A stretch of DNA of 64,000 bases from Sminthopsis crassicaudata (lineage: Eukaryota): contig NC_133617.1 in assembly GCF_048593235.1 (NCBI RefSeq), positions 65,061,767 through 65,125,766 of the forward strand, written 5' to 3'. Position 1 is the stretch's first letter, and each line of letters opens with the position of its first letter. The translations under genes were made by a program, and so were the position numbers. Of this stretch, positions 1-17,192 are shown in pieces. The notes below the pieces were generated by a model. It saw only the letters and a program-made list of their open reading frames with translations. It searched no databases and was not told where the DNA came from.

Positions 1-614
1 TTTGAACTAGACCTGTGAACTGTGCTGCAGTTCAAAGCTGAATGAGACCTTAGAACACATACTGTCAAAGCTGGGAGGGCACAGGAAACTCCAACTTCAT
101 TATATAGGTGAGTTAACAGATCTAGAAAGGGGAGGTGAGACTAGAACCTAGGCCTCCTGACTCCCACCCTAGCTAAGACTGTCTCCCATCACCTATAAGG
201 CTTGCTGCCATCTTAATCAAGGGGCCTTTCCTCCATTCCATTTAAGGGAACCCCTGCATTCTAACTAAGGCCCTGCTTCAAAGGATAGACTAAGGGTTCT
301 AAGTCAGGCTCTGAATAGAACCTGGGGATCTTCCAGCCTCCTCTTTCCCTTGAGCAGAACAAGATAAGGGTCCTCCGGCCCAAATCTGGATGGTGGAACA
401 GCTGGCTCCTCCTGCCACACTCCCTATTTTTCTGGGCTGCACCATTCTCTTCCCCATCACCCACAATTGAATACTAGTCAGCCTTCTCTTCCTGCAGCTT
501 TGATATATTTCTAAGGGGACTAAATTTGGAGTCTGAGGAGCAGAGTTAGCTCACTGCTCAGCTGCATGCTGTCAGCATGACCTTGGGCTAGTCTGAACTT
601 CAAATCTTCTAAAG

Positions 615-818
615 TAGAATTAACTATTTTTTTGCGTCATGAACCCCTCTGGCAGTCTGGTGAAGTCTAGAGATTCCTCAGTATTTTTTTCAATCCATTA
701 AATTAAATGAAATGCTAAATTTTAGCTAGAGGTTAAAGTAAAAATAAAAATGTAATTTTTTCCCATCCAAATTCAAAAACCTCCTGAAACCTTCCCATGG
801 ACCTCAGGTTAAGAATCT
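615..818. mobile_element. Old hAT/Charlie-type MITE relic (MER119/MER3-like, name unverified); related relics near 14270-14365, 27265-27480 and 60615-60790
   Basis: Shared motifs such as tgtcatg(g/a)acccc...ggcagtctggtgaag and ttcatggacc...caggttaag recur among these copies. Confidence 0.5.
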
Positions 819-1400
819 TATAAATCACATCTATTTTTCCTCACATTCCTTTCTCACTCCCATACACATTATTCCCTCCACCTCTCTTACCTGGATTATT
901 GCAATGGCCTCCTAAAAGGTCTCCTTGCCTGCGGCCTTTTATTTTTCTAATCCATCTTTGAAGTGCTGTCAGTCACTCAAGCATTGGTCTGAGCACACAA
1001 TCTTTTGCTGAAGTTCCACCTATATTTCCTCTAGCATACAGTTCAGGTGACTCAGCTCAGCACTCAAGATGCTCCAACATCTGGCTCCAATACTTCCTTT
1101 CTAGTCTGTTACACACATGTGTGCACACACAGAGTCAACCAAACTGGACCACTTACAATTCCCTGATCTTGACCTGACATCTCTCTTCCTACATAGGCAA
1201 GAGTCTTCTGGAAACCGACAATTTACTTTCTCCTTTCTGTCTCTTGAAATATTCCTTCAAGATTGAGTTCAAGTCTTTTTCTCCAGGAGGCCCTGATTTT
1301 CATCATCCCCCATCAATTTTTCGCTTCTTTCACATTTTCCAAAAGTATTTTGTCCTGATCTCTCCTTAGCTTTCATTCCACTTTGTGTTAGTTGGGCTGA

Positions 1401-5960
<4,560 letters not shown>

Positions 5961-6230
5961 GAAGACTGGGGCCCGAGTCTCACCCACTTCACTCTGAGCA
6001 TATCCTCCAGACCCTGGCACTGCCCAGGGCACACCTTCTGGACCCTGGCATCACTGCAGGGATGCTCTCAAACACAGCATACCTTTTGGACCCTGACACT
6101 GCCCAAGGCACACCCAATAGAGCCTGGCACCACCCCAGGACAATCTCCAAACCAGCAGTCTCTGGACTTGGGGGCCCCTTGCCTTTATGGCTCATCTCAC
6201 AGATGCCCCCTTTCCCCAAGCTACCTGAAA

Positions 6231-6234
<4 letters not shown>

Positions 6235-6280
<46 letters not shown>
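6235..6280. repeat. (AC)23 microsatellite in the ANKRD24 3' UTR
   Basis: Read directly. Confidence 0.95.
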
Positions 6281-6283
<3 letters not shown>

Positions 6284-6349
6284 GATGGCAGCTTCCAGAG
6301 CCCCTGTGATAAGCCTCCAGCCCACAGCCTCCCCATCCTCAGGCACACC

Positions 6350-6355
6350 AATAAA
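6350..6355 (+). terminator. Probable ANKRD24 poly(A) signal
   Basis: AATAAA about 390 nt after the stop, with GT-rich sequence downstream. Confidence 0.7.
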
Positions 6356-6819
6356 CATATTTATACTCACAAAGTGCGGTGTGATGTGGCTGGTCTCTGT
6401 CAAGGGATAGGGAAAGGAGGGCTCCTTCTTAGCTCCATGACCTTGGTCACAACCTGTGTCTGCTCTTTCGTATCCCGGTCTGTAAAATGAGAAGTCTGAA
6501 GAGCTAGTATTACAAGCAGTGAAGAAATGTGATGGGCAAAAAAAAATGAGTAACAAACGAGGTTGACAGCCATTGCTAGTCTTATTGACTAGTTTTTAAA
6601 TTAATACCTGCCGATAGTCCAATGTGATCTCATCCATGTGGATCTTCTCTCTCAGAAGGCCAATTTCCATTCATTCTTGCTTTTTCATTCTCTACCATCT
6701 TTGCCCTTATCCTCCCATGAATCCTTTACTTATAAGTGAAGCAAGAAAAATAAAGAAATAAGTATTGACAATGAAGAGATGTCCAAAGGCTACAAACAGG
6801 GTAGCTAGTATTGAACTTG

Positions 6820-7030
6820 AAGTCATAGGAAAGCTTGAGTTCAAATTCTGCCTTTAGAAACTTACTAGCTATGTGGCCCATTTAACTTTTTTTCTGCCTT
6901 CTCTTCTTCATCTATAAAATGAGATTAATAATAGCATCTACTTTACAGGATTATTACGAAAATCAAATGAGATGAAATGAAAAGAGTTTGGCAAATCTTA
7001 AGGTTTTATGTAAATACTGTTATTGATGTT
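6820..7030 (+). mobile_element. MIR-family SINE (representative; many more MIR/L2 relics occur across the window)
   Basis: Core motif ...cttcatctataaaatgag...aatcaaatgagat. Confidence 0.65.
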
Positions 7031-8433
7031 GTTATAGCATAAGTTCTGGAAAGCCTTCTTGAATTAGAAAGGTTTAAAGGCTCAGTGATAGACTGAAGTT
7101 CAGGCTAGATAAGAGAATCTCGTTACCATGATGGCTACAGGATAGTGATTTTGGGGATCATAGCAGTTCTCAAAGGCCATCTAGTAATTCATGATAATGA
7201 TATTATGATGGATCACTTTACAGAACATGACATATATTTGGAAGGAGTTTGTCCTTCAGGTTGTAGATCTGGAAGAGGAAGTTCATGTGGACAGTGAATT
7301 AGGCTTGAAATTAAATAGGAATAGGATATTCAATCCTGTAGGAAGTAGCCAAGCACCTTTAAAGCCCTTGCAGCTCTTGAATCTCCATTTTGCGCTTTGT
7401 GGTAGATGGCTAAAATACAGAATACGGCTGTCTGAGGAACTGAAAGGGGAGTCACCTAGAAGGCAGTGGAGAGGCCAGATGAATGTAAGCAGGCAGCAAC
7501 TTAAAAAGAGTGAGAATCTTGGGGAAAAAACAAGGAGGGAATGATGTCATCTGAGAAATACATGAAACTGAACTACTCCTCTTTTTCCCCAAACTCTCCC
7601 CTCTTTTTAACTTCTCTATTATATTAAGGGAACCACCCTCCTCCCAATTACACAGTTCAGGGTCTCTGGTCTACACCCGTTTCTCTCTGCCCCTGCCATC
7701 ACTCTGGTGCTGGCCCTCATTCCCTCACATCTGGGCTTTACAATAGCTTTCCAGCTAGTTATTTTGTCTCCAGTCTCTCCCAACTTCAATCTGTTCAGCT
7801 GCCAAAATCTTTCTAAAGCACATGCCAAAGAGGGCATCAAGGTAGTTGGTGACCCTGAGCAAGTCACTTATTCCTGTTTGCCTCAGTTTCCTCATCTGTA
7901 AAATAAGCTAGAGAAGGAAATAACAAAACACTCCAGTATTTTTGCCAAGAAAACCCCAAATGGAGTCACAAAGAGTGACTGAGATAACAACAAAAAATGC
8001 CGCAAACATTCATTCCACACACATTTGCCCCATTTCCCAATTCCCTCAACTCCACCAGCTCCTTATCATGATCAAATATAAAATCCTGCTTGGCATTCAA
8101 AGCCCTTTCTTACCAGGCCCTCTGCTATAATTCCAGTCATTTTACACCTTATTCCCTAATCAGGGACTCAGTGAGGCAGACTTCTTTGCTGTTGCAAGTC
8201 CAGATTCTGTATTTTTTGCTTGATGTCTCCCATATCTGAAATCCTCATCCTCCTTATCTCTGCCTCCTCTCTTCCCTGTCTCAACCAAAGTCCTTCCTTG
8301 ATAAGAAGCCTTTCCTAGTCCTTAATATCAACACTTTTCCTTTGGGATTATTTCCAAGTTGTTCTATATATGTCTTGTTTGTATATCCAGTAGTTGTTTA
8401 CATGTTTTCTCACTTATTAAACCTGAGCTCCTT

Positions 8434-10014
8434 AAATGTTGGAAGGGTTGTGGGAAAACTGAAACATTAATACATTATTGGTGGAGTTGTGAACTGGTCT
8501 AACTATTCTGGAGAGCAATTTGGAACTGTGCCCAAAGGGCTATCAGACTGTGAATATCCTCTAACCCAGCAGTGTTCCTACTGGGTCTGTATTCCAGAGA
8601 TCTTAAAGGAGGGAAAGGGACCCATGTGCAAAAATGTTTGTGGTGGCAAAAAAAAACAAAAACCTAGAAACTGAGTGGATGCCCATCTATTGGAGAATGG
8701 CTTAATAAGTTATGGAATATGAATGTTAGGGAATACTATTGTTCTATAAGAAACAATGATTTTGAAGAGGCCTGGAGAGAGTTACATGAACTGATTCTAA
8801 GTAAAGTGAGCAGAACCAGGAAATCATTATACACAGCAATAGCAAGATTATATGATGAGGATGATCAATTCTGGTGGACATGGCTCTTTTCTTTCTTTTT
8901 TATTTTTATTTTTCCATTTTTTATTATAGCTTTTTATTTACAAGATATATTCATGAGTAGTTTTTCAACACTCACAATTGCAAAACCTTTTGTCCCAATT
9001 TTTCCCCTCCTTCCCCCTCTCCCCCAGATGGCAGGTAGACCAATACATGTTAAATATGTTAAAGTATATGTTAAATAAAATATATATATGTATATGTATA
9101 TATAAAATATATACATATATATATATAGTTATTTTGCTGCACAAGAAGAATTGGACTTTGAAATAATGTACAATTAACCTGTTAAGGAAATAAAAAATGC
9201 AGGCGGACAAAAATAGAGGGATTGGGAATTCTATGTAGCGCTTCACACTCATTTCCCAGAGTACTTTCGCTGGGTGCAGCTGGTTCTATCCTTATTGAAC
9301 AAATGGATGATTTGGTTCATCTCATTGTTGAAGAGGGCCATGTCCATCAGAATTGATCATCATACAGTATTGTTGTTGAAGTATATAATCTCCTGGTCCT
9401 GCTCATTTCACTCAGCATCAGTTCATGTAAGTCTCCAGGCCTTTCTGAGATCATCCTGTTGGTCATTTCTTACTGAACAATAATATTCCATAAAATTCAT
9501 ATGCCACAATTTATTCAGCCATTCTCAAACTGGGGGGCATCCACTCATTTTCCAGTTTCTGGCCACTACAAAGAGGGCTGCCACAAACATTCTTGCACAT
9601 AAAGTGGACGTGGCTCTTTTCAACAGTCAGGTGATTCAGACTAATACCAATGGAGAAAGCCATCTGTACCCAGAGAGGGGGCAGTAGGAACTGACTGTGG
9701 ATCCCAACAAAGTATTTTCACCGTTTTTGTTGTTGTTTGCTTGCTTTTTGTTTTTTCTCATTTTTTTTTCTTTTTGATCTGATTTTTCTTGTGCAGTATG
9801 ATAATTGTGGAAATATGTATAGAAGAATTGCAATTTTAACATATCTTGGATTGATGTCTAGGGGAGGTGGGAGGAAGAGAGGGAGAAAAATTTGGAACAC
9901 GGGGTTTTGCAAGTGTGATTGTTGAAAACTATCTTGGCATATATTTTGAAAATAAGAAGCTATTATTAAAAAGAAATTCTATATATATATGCATATATAT
10001 ATGTAAAGGAAAAA
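8434..10014 (+). mobile_element. 5'-truncated L1 (ORF2 C-terminus plus 3' UTR), interrupted by a nested antisense L1
   Basis: ORF2-like text (tgttggaagggttgtgggaaaactg...); 15-bp TSD aaacctgagctcctt at 8419-8433 and 10015-10029. Confidence 0.8.
8891..9603 (-). mobile_element. Antisense L1 3' fragment nested in an older L1
   Basis: T-rich tail at the left end; 17-bp TSD gtggac(a/g)tggctctttt at 8874-8890 and 9604-9620. Confidence 0.8.
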
Positions 10015-12694
10015 AAACCTGAGCTCCTTGAAAACAAGCTATTCTGACCTTTTTTTATATCTCCTAGTACTTAGCAGTATAGTGTTTGATATGTAAGAAG
10101 TAATTAATGTTTATTGATGACAAGTTTAAATCAAATTTTGAGGATAGAAACTGACAGATAGCTTGTGCTATGATGCTATCCCTAAGATATCAGAAGAAAT
10201 AGAGAATGGCCTTCAGTATGTTGTGATATAAGATAGGCAGGCATGAATGAGATATAACATGCATCAGTGAATGAAACATCCCATTATCTGACAAACAGGA
10301 CTTTTAAGATTTATAAAAAAGGTTTGGTACCAAAATAGTTAGTGGCTCAGTGACTAGAGCACCAGTCCTAGAGTCAGAAGAGCTGAGTTCAAATCTAGCC
10401 TTAGAAATTTGCTAGCTTTGGGACCCTGGGCAAATCACTGTGTCACACTGGTGCCTCAGTTTCCTCAACTGTAAAATAGGAGTTATAATAACAGCTACCT
10501 CCCAGGGTTACTATGAGGATCAAATGAGGTAATATTTATATACCATTTGCTTACCACAATGCCTAGTGCCTAGTAGGTGCTGTATAAATGCTTATTCCAT
10601 TTCCTTCTTTTCCCTTTCCTACTGAAGTACTGATGAATTTTTTGTTGTTCATTTTTCAGTTGTGTCCACCTCTTTGTTGGCCAACTATTTGGGGTTTTCC
10701 TGGCAGAAATATTGGAGTACTTTGCCATTTTCTTTTCCAGCTTATTTTACAAATGAGGAAACTGAGGCAAACAGGGTTAAATGACAAGATCACATAGCTA
10801 CGACATGTCTGAGACTATATTTAAACTAGGGAAAATGAATCTTCCTGACTACAGGCCTGGCACTCGATCCTCTGCAGCAGCACCACCTAGCTACTCCTGA
10901 TGAAATTACAGAATCTTTAAATTCCGAAGAAATAAAGCAGTTAAAATATTTCTGTTAGCAGGTGACATATAACCCAAAGCAATCAAGGCAATACTTATTT
11001 AAGCAATCGATCTATTGTGAGAAAAACACAGGGGCAGGTAGAGGGAGCAGTGAATAGAACACAGGCCCTGAAGTCAGAAGAAGCTGAGGTCAAATCCTAC
11101 CAAAAGAAAAGAAAAACACAAAAGTCAGATGCATTTCTGTATGTGTGTGTTGCAGTGGATAGAGAGAAGGTATAAGAATCAGGAAGACCTGAGTTTGAAT
11201 ACTGCCCCAATCACTTAATTTCTATATGACTGTATGGACAAGCCTCCTTCTTTCTCTGGGGCTGTTTCCTCATATAAAATGGGTATGATAATAGCAGCAA
11301 CCTCGCAGCATTAGGAGGATTGAATGTAATAATATTATTATTATCACTCCTAACAGAAACCATGAGAAATTGGTAAAAAAAAATAGCATGAATAGCACTA
11401 AAAATATGTTAAATACTTAGCCTTAACATGTCAGGACCGATGAGATCTTTATAATTTTAAAATTTTGACAGAAACAAAAGAAGCACTGAATTGAGAGAAA
11501 GGAATCCTTTTTCATGTGGGTAGGTCTGGTCATGATAGATACTTCTCAAACTATCATAATGCTAGGGCAGTAAAAATGGAAATGCTTCAGAGAAGATTCC
11601 TTCTATCCTGTGTACTAAGGCCCATAGGCTGCTCTGAAAGCCTTTGGTCTGTAATTTCTTCCTGTCCATCTGGGTCTCTTTAGCCATGTCCATCTTGCCC
11701 ATGAGATGTCCTGATTCAGGTCCTCCTGGAACCAGTGTCCAGCTTCCCAGTTGACAATGTTCCTAAAAACCCCAGGGGGGTTTCTTGGCTCTTCCCAGTT
11801 GGGGAAGTTAGGGAAATTAGGTACTGTTTCTTTTTGTCTGTATCTGTAAATTTTAGTTTTGTTCAATTGTGATTGAGTTGTGTAATGACACTTAGATGGG
11901 GGAGAAGGTTGATCTGGAACTAAAGTCCCTTCCAAGGGTCAGCTTCTATGATTCTCAGCTCTCTTCTGTATTCATCTTCCATCCTGGGTCCAGATGTTTC
12001 CCTGAAAAAATAAAATGAGCCAGTGAGAGATCAGCCTGCAACTGCTCTTGATCTCCTTGACTAATACACTGGAGCCTCTAGCCCCTGACTCAATGGGGAG
12101 AAGAGGACCTGGTCATTCCAAATGACTCTAGCCCCCCAGAAAGAATGAAGTCAGAGAGGTTATATTCAGATGTTAGCTACTAGTTTTTCTTACAGCTAAA
12201 AATTAAATTAATTTCCTAAGGTCAGAGCTAGTAAGTGGCAAAGCTGGAATTTGAAACCTGGCTTTTCTCTCTAAATAGAGTTCTCTTTGCAGGACATCAT
12301 ATTGCTAGGCAAATCCCTTATCTTCCCTGAGTTTTGGTTTCCATATTTATAAAATGTGGCTGAAACACTGTGATTTCCAAGGTCCATGTCCTGTGTTGAA
12401 TGATTCATTCTCGTTTTCCAAGGCTTCCTGGATTCCCCTGAAGAGAACTAGAAACTATGCTTTTCAGTTTTCTGGTGGGGCAAGAGATCAAAGGCCAGAG
12501 ACCTTTACCCATACTCTGAACACTGAGTCCAGGACCAATAATAGCATGAACAGCTGGAGGGAGACAGACTGGCAGGCTGTCAAATGAATGGGTCCTAATA
12601 TTGGGCTCTTGGATCATTGAAGTCTCTTCTGCCACATTCCCTGAACCCAGTCATTTGAGCTATTTCTGACTTTTAAGATTAGATTGTCACTTTA

Positions 12695-12784
12695 GAAAGC
12701 GAAAGGCAACAGGGACAGGAAGGAGGATTTCCCAGAGGGGTATGATCAGGGGATTTTGGGGAAGCTGGGTTGCTTAGATATAAG
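12695..12784 (+). promoter_or_regulatory. EBI3 proximal promoter: IRF-E, kB-like site and TATA-like box
   Basis: GAAAGCGAAA at 12695-12704; GGGAAATCCT on the minus strand at 12724-12733; TATAAG at 12779-12784, about 120 nt before the ATG. Motif match only. Confidence 0.55.
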
Positions 12785-12898
12785 AAAGCCTAAAGCAGCT
12801 GGTAAGTGGACGAGCAGAAGCTTCTGCGCTGCTCCTTCTTGGTCTCCTACAGAAGCTCTAAGCCTATGGGATCTCCTGCCACCCGGCCCATCCCTGCC

Positions 12899-12971
12899 AT
12901 GACTTGGAGGCTGGCCCTGGCTCTGAGCTGGGCTTCCTGTGGACACCAAAGAGTTTGGACAAAAGTAGAAG
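12899..12971 (+). CDS. EBI3: EBI3 exon 1 (signal peptide MTWRLALALSWASC...)
   Basis: gccATGa start and G|gtacgt donor. An in-frame upstream ATG at 12866 could add 11 aa. Confidence 0.82.
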
Positions 12972-15900
12972 GTACGTGGGGCAAGTGAGTGGATCTCAGA
13001 AGTGGTTTGTAAAAGTAAGCTGCAGAAGAGGGGCCCTCTTTAATCAGTAGAGAATGGAAGATGTCAGAGCAGGAGATAAGATAAAATCCAAGGAACCCTT
13101 GTTCCAACTTATCTTTGCCCCACAATCCTTACACTTTCAAAAAGCAAGGATGAGCAAAGATATGAAGTCAAGAATTGTATCTCCTCTTCCCTGATCCCTT
13201 CTCCCACATACCTCCCCTGCACATCTCCTTTTATACATAGCAAGAAGGCCAGTGTCCCTGCATTGCAGAGTACCAAGAAAGGAGGGGCTGAAAATGCCCA
13301 ATATTTGGTTCTGGAGAGAAGAGGGAGCTATTAGAATCATTCAATAATGCAGTGACCTGGGCAGACTTACAATCTAAGAAGATCAGTTAGATGACTAAAT
13401 GGAGGATGGATTGCAGCAGAGAAAGGATTGAAGCAGGGAGACCAAGAAGCTGGATATTGGAATAATACAAGTATGATGTTGGGAAGGGGGCCTGCTGCAA
13501 GGTGATGGCAGTGTCAGAGGCAGCAGGGTCTCATTATATGGAGGAGAAATGTTATAAAGATAGAAACAATAGGATTTAGTGACCATTTGGACACAGAAGG
13601 AGAGTAAGGAGTTAAAGATGACCACTAAGTGGTGAGCAGGGATGATAGGTTGGATGGTGGTTCCTTCTACAGTAATGGGGAAGATAAGAAGAGAAGAGGG
13701 GTGGGTTTGGGGAGAAAGATAGTGAGTTCCGTTTTTGACATGTCGAGTTTAATATGTCTATAAGATATCCAGTTTGAGATGTCCAATAAGTAGTGAAGAT
13801 TCAAGCCTGGAGGTCAGGACATACATTAGGGCTGGACAAACAGATATGGGAATCATTTACACAGAGATGATAATTGAAGGCATGAGTTCATGAGATCACA
13901 AAACAAAACAAAATAGCAAGAGGGAAAAGGAAAAAAAAAGAGAGCCCTGAATAAAGCCATAGGAGGCAGCCTGCTGAGTAGGCTCTATTTGGATATGGAT
14001 CCGGCAAAGGAGCTTGGCCAGACAAATAGGGAGGGCCTCAGGGAGAGGCCAGGGTCATGACATCCTAGAGAGAAGAGACTATCCAGGAGAATAGAGGGAT
14101 TGGCAGGGTCACTGGCCCTGAAAAGAAGTCTCTGTCCTCAAAGAATTTACATGTTACTACATAATATTACATTCTGTTAAAAAATAATAATAAAAATAAA
14201 CTATCTTACATTTATATAGACCTGGTGGGATCTTGAGTTTATTCTAAAAACATTTTGATAACTGCGTTTCTTTTATAATCCTACAATTTAATTTTATGCC
14301 TTTAAAAACAGTATTCTGAGAAAGAACCCATAAACTTCCCCAGACTCCAAAAGGGGTACGTGACACAAACAAGTTTAAGAACTCCCACAATATAGAGATA
14401 TATACTAAATAAATATCCATGATCATTCAAAGAGGGAGAGACTATTAATAAATAATTAAGAGATCAGGAAAGTAGGTGGTGCCAAATGAGTTTAGTCTTA
14501 AAAGATGCTCAGTATTTTAAGGAATGGATGGAGAAAGGAGCCTATTCCCCATGTGGGAAACAGCCTATTCCACAGTATGGAGGACAGAAACGGAACACTG
14601 GGTTTGATCCTCATTGGAGGATGCTAGTTTAGCTGGAGGAGCGAGTGGAGGAGAGTGGTAGCATGAAGAGCTTCAAAGGTTCCTGTCCCTATCCTCCCCG
14701 TGCCTTTTTCTTTCATCCTTCAGAGTCCCCAAGCCCTCTGTCTGTGCAGTGTTGGTCTGTGAGGTATCCCAAAGCCGTAGACTGCTCCTGGACCATCAAC
14801 AAAGTGACAGAGATGACTCCTGAGCCGGATCTGCAAACCTCATTTATTGCTACTTACAGGTCAGAGTCATAGAATTCTAGAAATTTAGAAGTTTAGTCAC
14901 TGGATGGGACTACAATGATATATTTCAATTTTCTACCCCCCTCCCAAACACACACAAAAAATGTTCTTATAGGAAATTATCCAGCCCCTGACAGGACACT
15001 TTTAGTGAAAGAAAGCTCATTTTCCATGTGTGTATTTCATTCCCTTGATCCCTCTGATCATTTGGAATTTCTTCTTTATACTAAGCTGAAATCTGCTTCC
15101 AGTTGTTCCTGATTCTAGCCTTTGAAGCTGGGGAGGACAAGTCTGCCTTCTCTTTCCCATGGCAGGCCTTCAGCTACTCACAAAAGCTGTCATGTTCTTC
15201 CCACTCCCCCCCCCCCCAATTTTTCTCTTTTCCAGACTAAACGTCTCCCGTTAATCCAGTGACTACCCACTGTCCTAACCGCTTACCTCTGGATGCATTG
15301 AAGTCGCAGAAAGTGGAACTTTAGAACTAGGAGAGTTCTTGAAGATTATTGGTGTAACCTTCATGTTTCAGAAGAGGAAGATAAAACGGAAGTAGGGAGA
15401 ATATAGCTCCGTGGCCCAGTAAATAGAGCACCAGGCCTGCTGTCCAGATACTAGATTAAGAAACGATGTGGGCTTGGACAAATCTGTCTGCTTCAAATAT
15501 AAAATAGAGATATTAATAGAATCTAAAACTTGTAAAGCACTTAGCACGTGCCTGTTCCATAGTAAATGGTGTAAATGCTAACTGTTTTTATTATTTTTGT
15601 TGCTATTTTGTGACTTGCCCCAGAATCACGCAGAAGCAGGTTTGGAATGCAGGTTCTTCCCATTATATACTTAAAATTATGATACCTAGACTGGGATAGA
15701 GGGAGGGATGTGGGAAATGACATAAATTTGTGGTGCAAACGAGAGGATGTCCCTGAATCAGGAACAAGGTGAAAGGGTTGCTGAGCTCAGATTCTTGTCT
15801 TTTCAGGTTAGGGATGATCACTCAGGGAGAGGCGCATCCCTGCCTGCAGCCTTCCCCCGAGGCCCAGAGCTGTGTCATCCCCAACATCCAGATGTTCTCC

Positions 15901-16767
15901 ATGATCCCCTACATACTCAATATCACAGCTGTCACTCAGCAGGGAGCCACAAGTAAACTGGTCCCCTTCATCGCAGAGCATATAAGTGAGTCCAACCTGG
16001 GAATCTCAAAGAACGGATCAGGAGGTCAGAGTAGAGGGATGGGCGCTTAATAGAATATCACATCTTCATGCTTGACTTTGGGCAAAGACATAAACTTGGT
16101 GGGAGGGGTCTTTAAAGGGGGCTCTGGGAAATAATGCCCCTCCATAACCAACGAGTTTGTATCTGGCAGTTAAGCCCGACCCCCCCCAGTCTATGAGTGT
16201 GAGTCCTCTCCCTGGCAAGCAGCTCCGGGTGCAGTGGGAGCCCCCCCACTCCTGGCCTTTCCCCGGCTACTTTCCACTCAAGTACCTGCTCCGTTACCGG
16301 CGACAGGGGGCCGCGAGATTCCAGCAGGTGAGGCCTTGCCCGGGCCAGATCTCGGAAGGGGGGGGTTAGAACAAGCGGAGCCACTTGGGGGGGGCAAAGG
16401 GTTTTAGAGGCAATCTGGTCAATTCCCTCATCTCACTGGAGGAGGGTCTGAAGTGCGAGGATATGGAGGATTATTCGAGCCACAGCGGGCAGTGGGCCAG
16501 AGTCCAGTTGTCCCGATTAGTGCCAGGCTCTGCCCTCCAAGATCACAGCTTCCCTCCGTACCAGGGAAACCTCTCCGCGATCTCTCCATAGGTACTGACC
16601 GCCCATTTTGCTCTCAGGTGGGGCCGACTGAGGAAACATTCTTCATCCTGCAGGGCCTGCGCCCCGGGACCCGATACCAGGTGCAGGTGGCGGCTGCGGA
16701 CTTTATGGACTACGGGGAGCGGAGCGCCTGGAGCACTGCGGGGGCCACCACCCGCGGCGGCCAGTAG
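12899..16767 (+). CDS. EBI3: EBV-induced gene 3 (IL-27/IL-35 beta chain), 231 aa; join 12899-12971, 14724-14859, 15807-15985, 16170-16327, 16618-16767
   Basis: Signal peptide, four conserved Cys (VQC..VDCSW, PCL..SC), IKPDPP hinge, two FNIII domains and a WSXWS-like RSAWS. Exon phases are consistent. Confidence 0.96.
14724..14859 (+). CDS. EBI3: EBI3 exon 2
   Basis: SVQCWSVRYPKAVDCSW...SFIATYR; cag|AG and AG|gtcaga. Confidence 0.93.
15807..15985 (+). CDS. EBI3: EBI3 exon 3
   Basis: LGMITQGEAHPCLQ...QMFSMIPYILNITAV...PFIAEHI; 179 nt. Confidence 0.95.
16170..16327 (+). CDS. EBI3: EBI3 exon 4
   Basis: KPDPP...QWEPPHSWPFP...RQGAARFQQ; 158 nt. Confidence 0.95.
16618..16767 (+). CDS. EBI3: EBI3 exon 5
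   Basis: VGPTEETFFIL...DYGERSAWS...; TAG at 16765-16767. Confidence 0.94.
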   Translation: MGPTEETFFILQGLRPGTRYQVQVAAADFMDYGERSAWSTAGATTRGGQ

Positions 16768-17186
16768 TCCGCTCCGGCGCTGGGTACTCCGGCCGGACCC
16801 GCCAGTCCCGAGCCCGCCTGCGGAATCCCTGATCCAGGCCGCCCCGTGGGGCTTCTCCAACATCCTCCAGACCCCTCGGTCCGAGAGTGTCACTAGACTG
16901 GGTCAGCCACCCTCCAGCCCCCGGGGCGCTCCCTCCTTCCTCGGGGCGGCGCCGCGTTTTCTCTCCTCCCCAAGGCCTCGGTTGGAGACCGGCGTAGTCC
17001 CCTCGATAATCGGACACTCTCCCAAACACTCAGGCTTCCCCATCCCCCGCCGGTCGTTGTCGTGCCCCCCCTCCCGTGACACGTCAGCTGTACAGAGACC
17101 CTCCGATAGCCTCTGTTTATATTGTTCGTGTTGCCTTCCCCGTAGGCTGGGAGCTCCCAGCAGACGGAGGCCCAGCGGGGAGCCTT

Positions 17187-17192
17187 AATAAA
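17187..17192 (+). terminator. Probable EBI3 poly(A) signal within an L2-like 3' tail
   Basis: First AATAAA after the stop, in the context ccttaataaagcttgctgactgactga. Confidence 0.7.

Noticed and set aside
11615-11935. 106-aa minus-strand ORF between ANKRD24 and EBI3
   Set aside because: No recognisable homology, weak start codon and no convincing splice sites.
12802-12852. Apparent mini-intron (GTAAGT...CTACAG) in the EBI3 5' region
   Set aside because: 51 nt is below the usual vertebrate minimum and the donor sits at the TATA-predicted TSS. The acceptor could still serve an unseen upstream exon.
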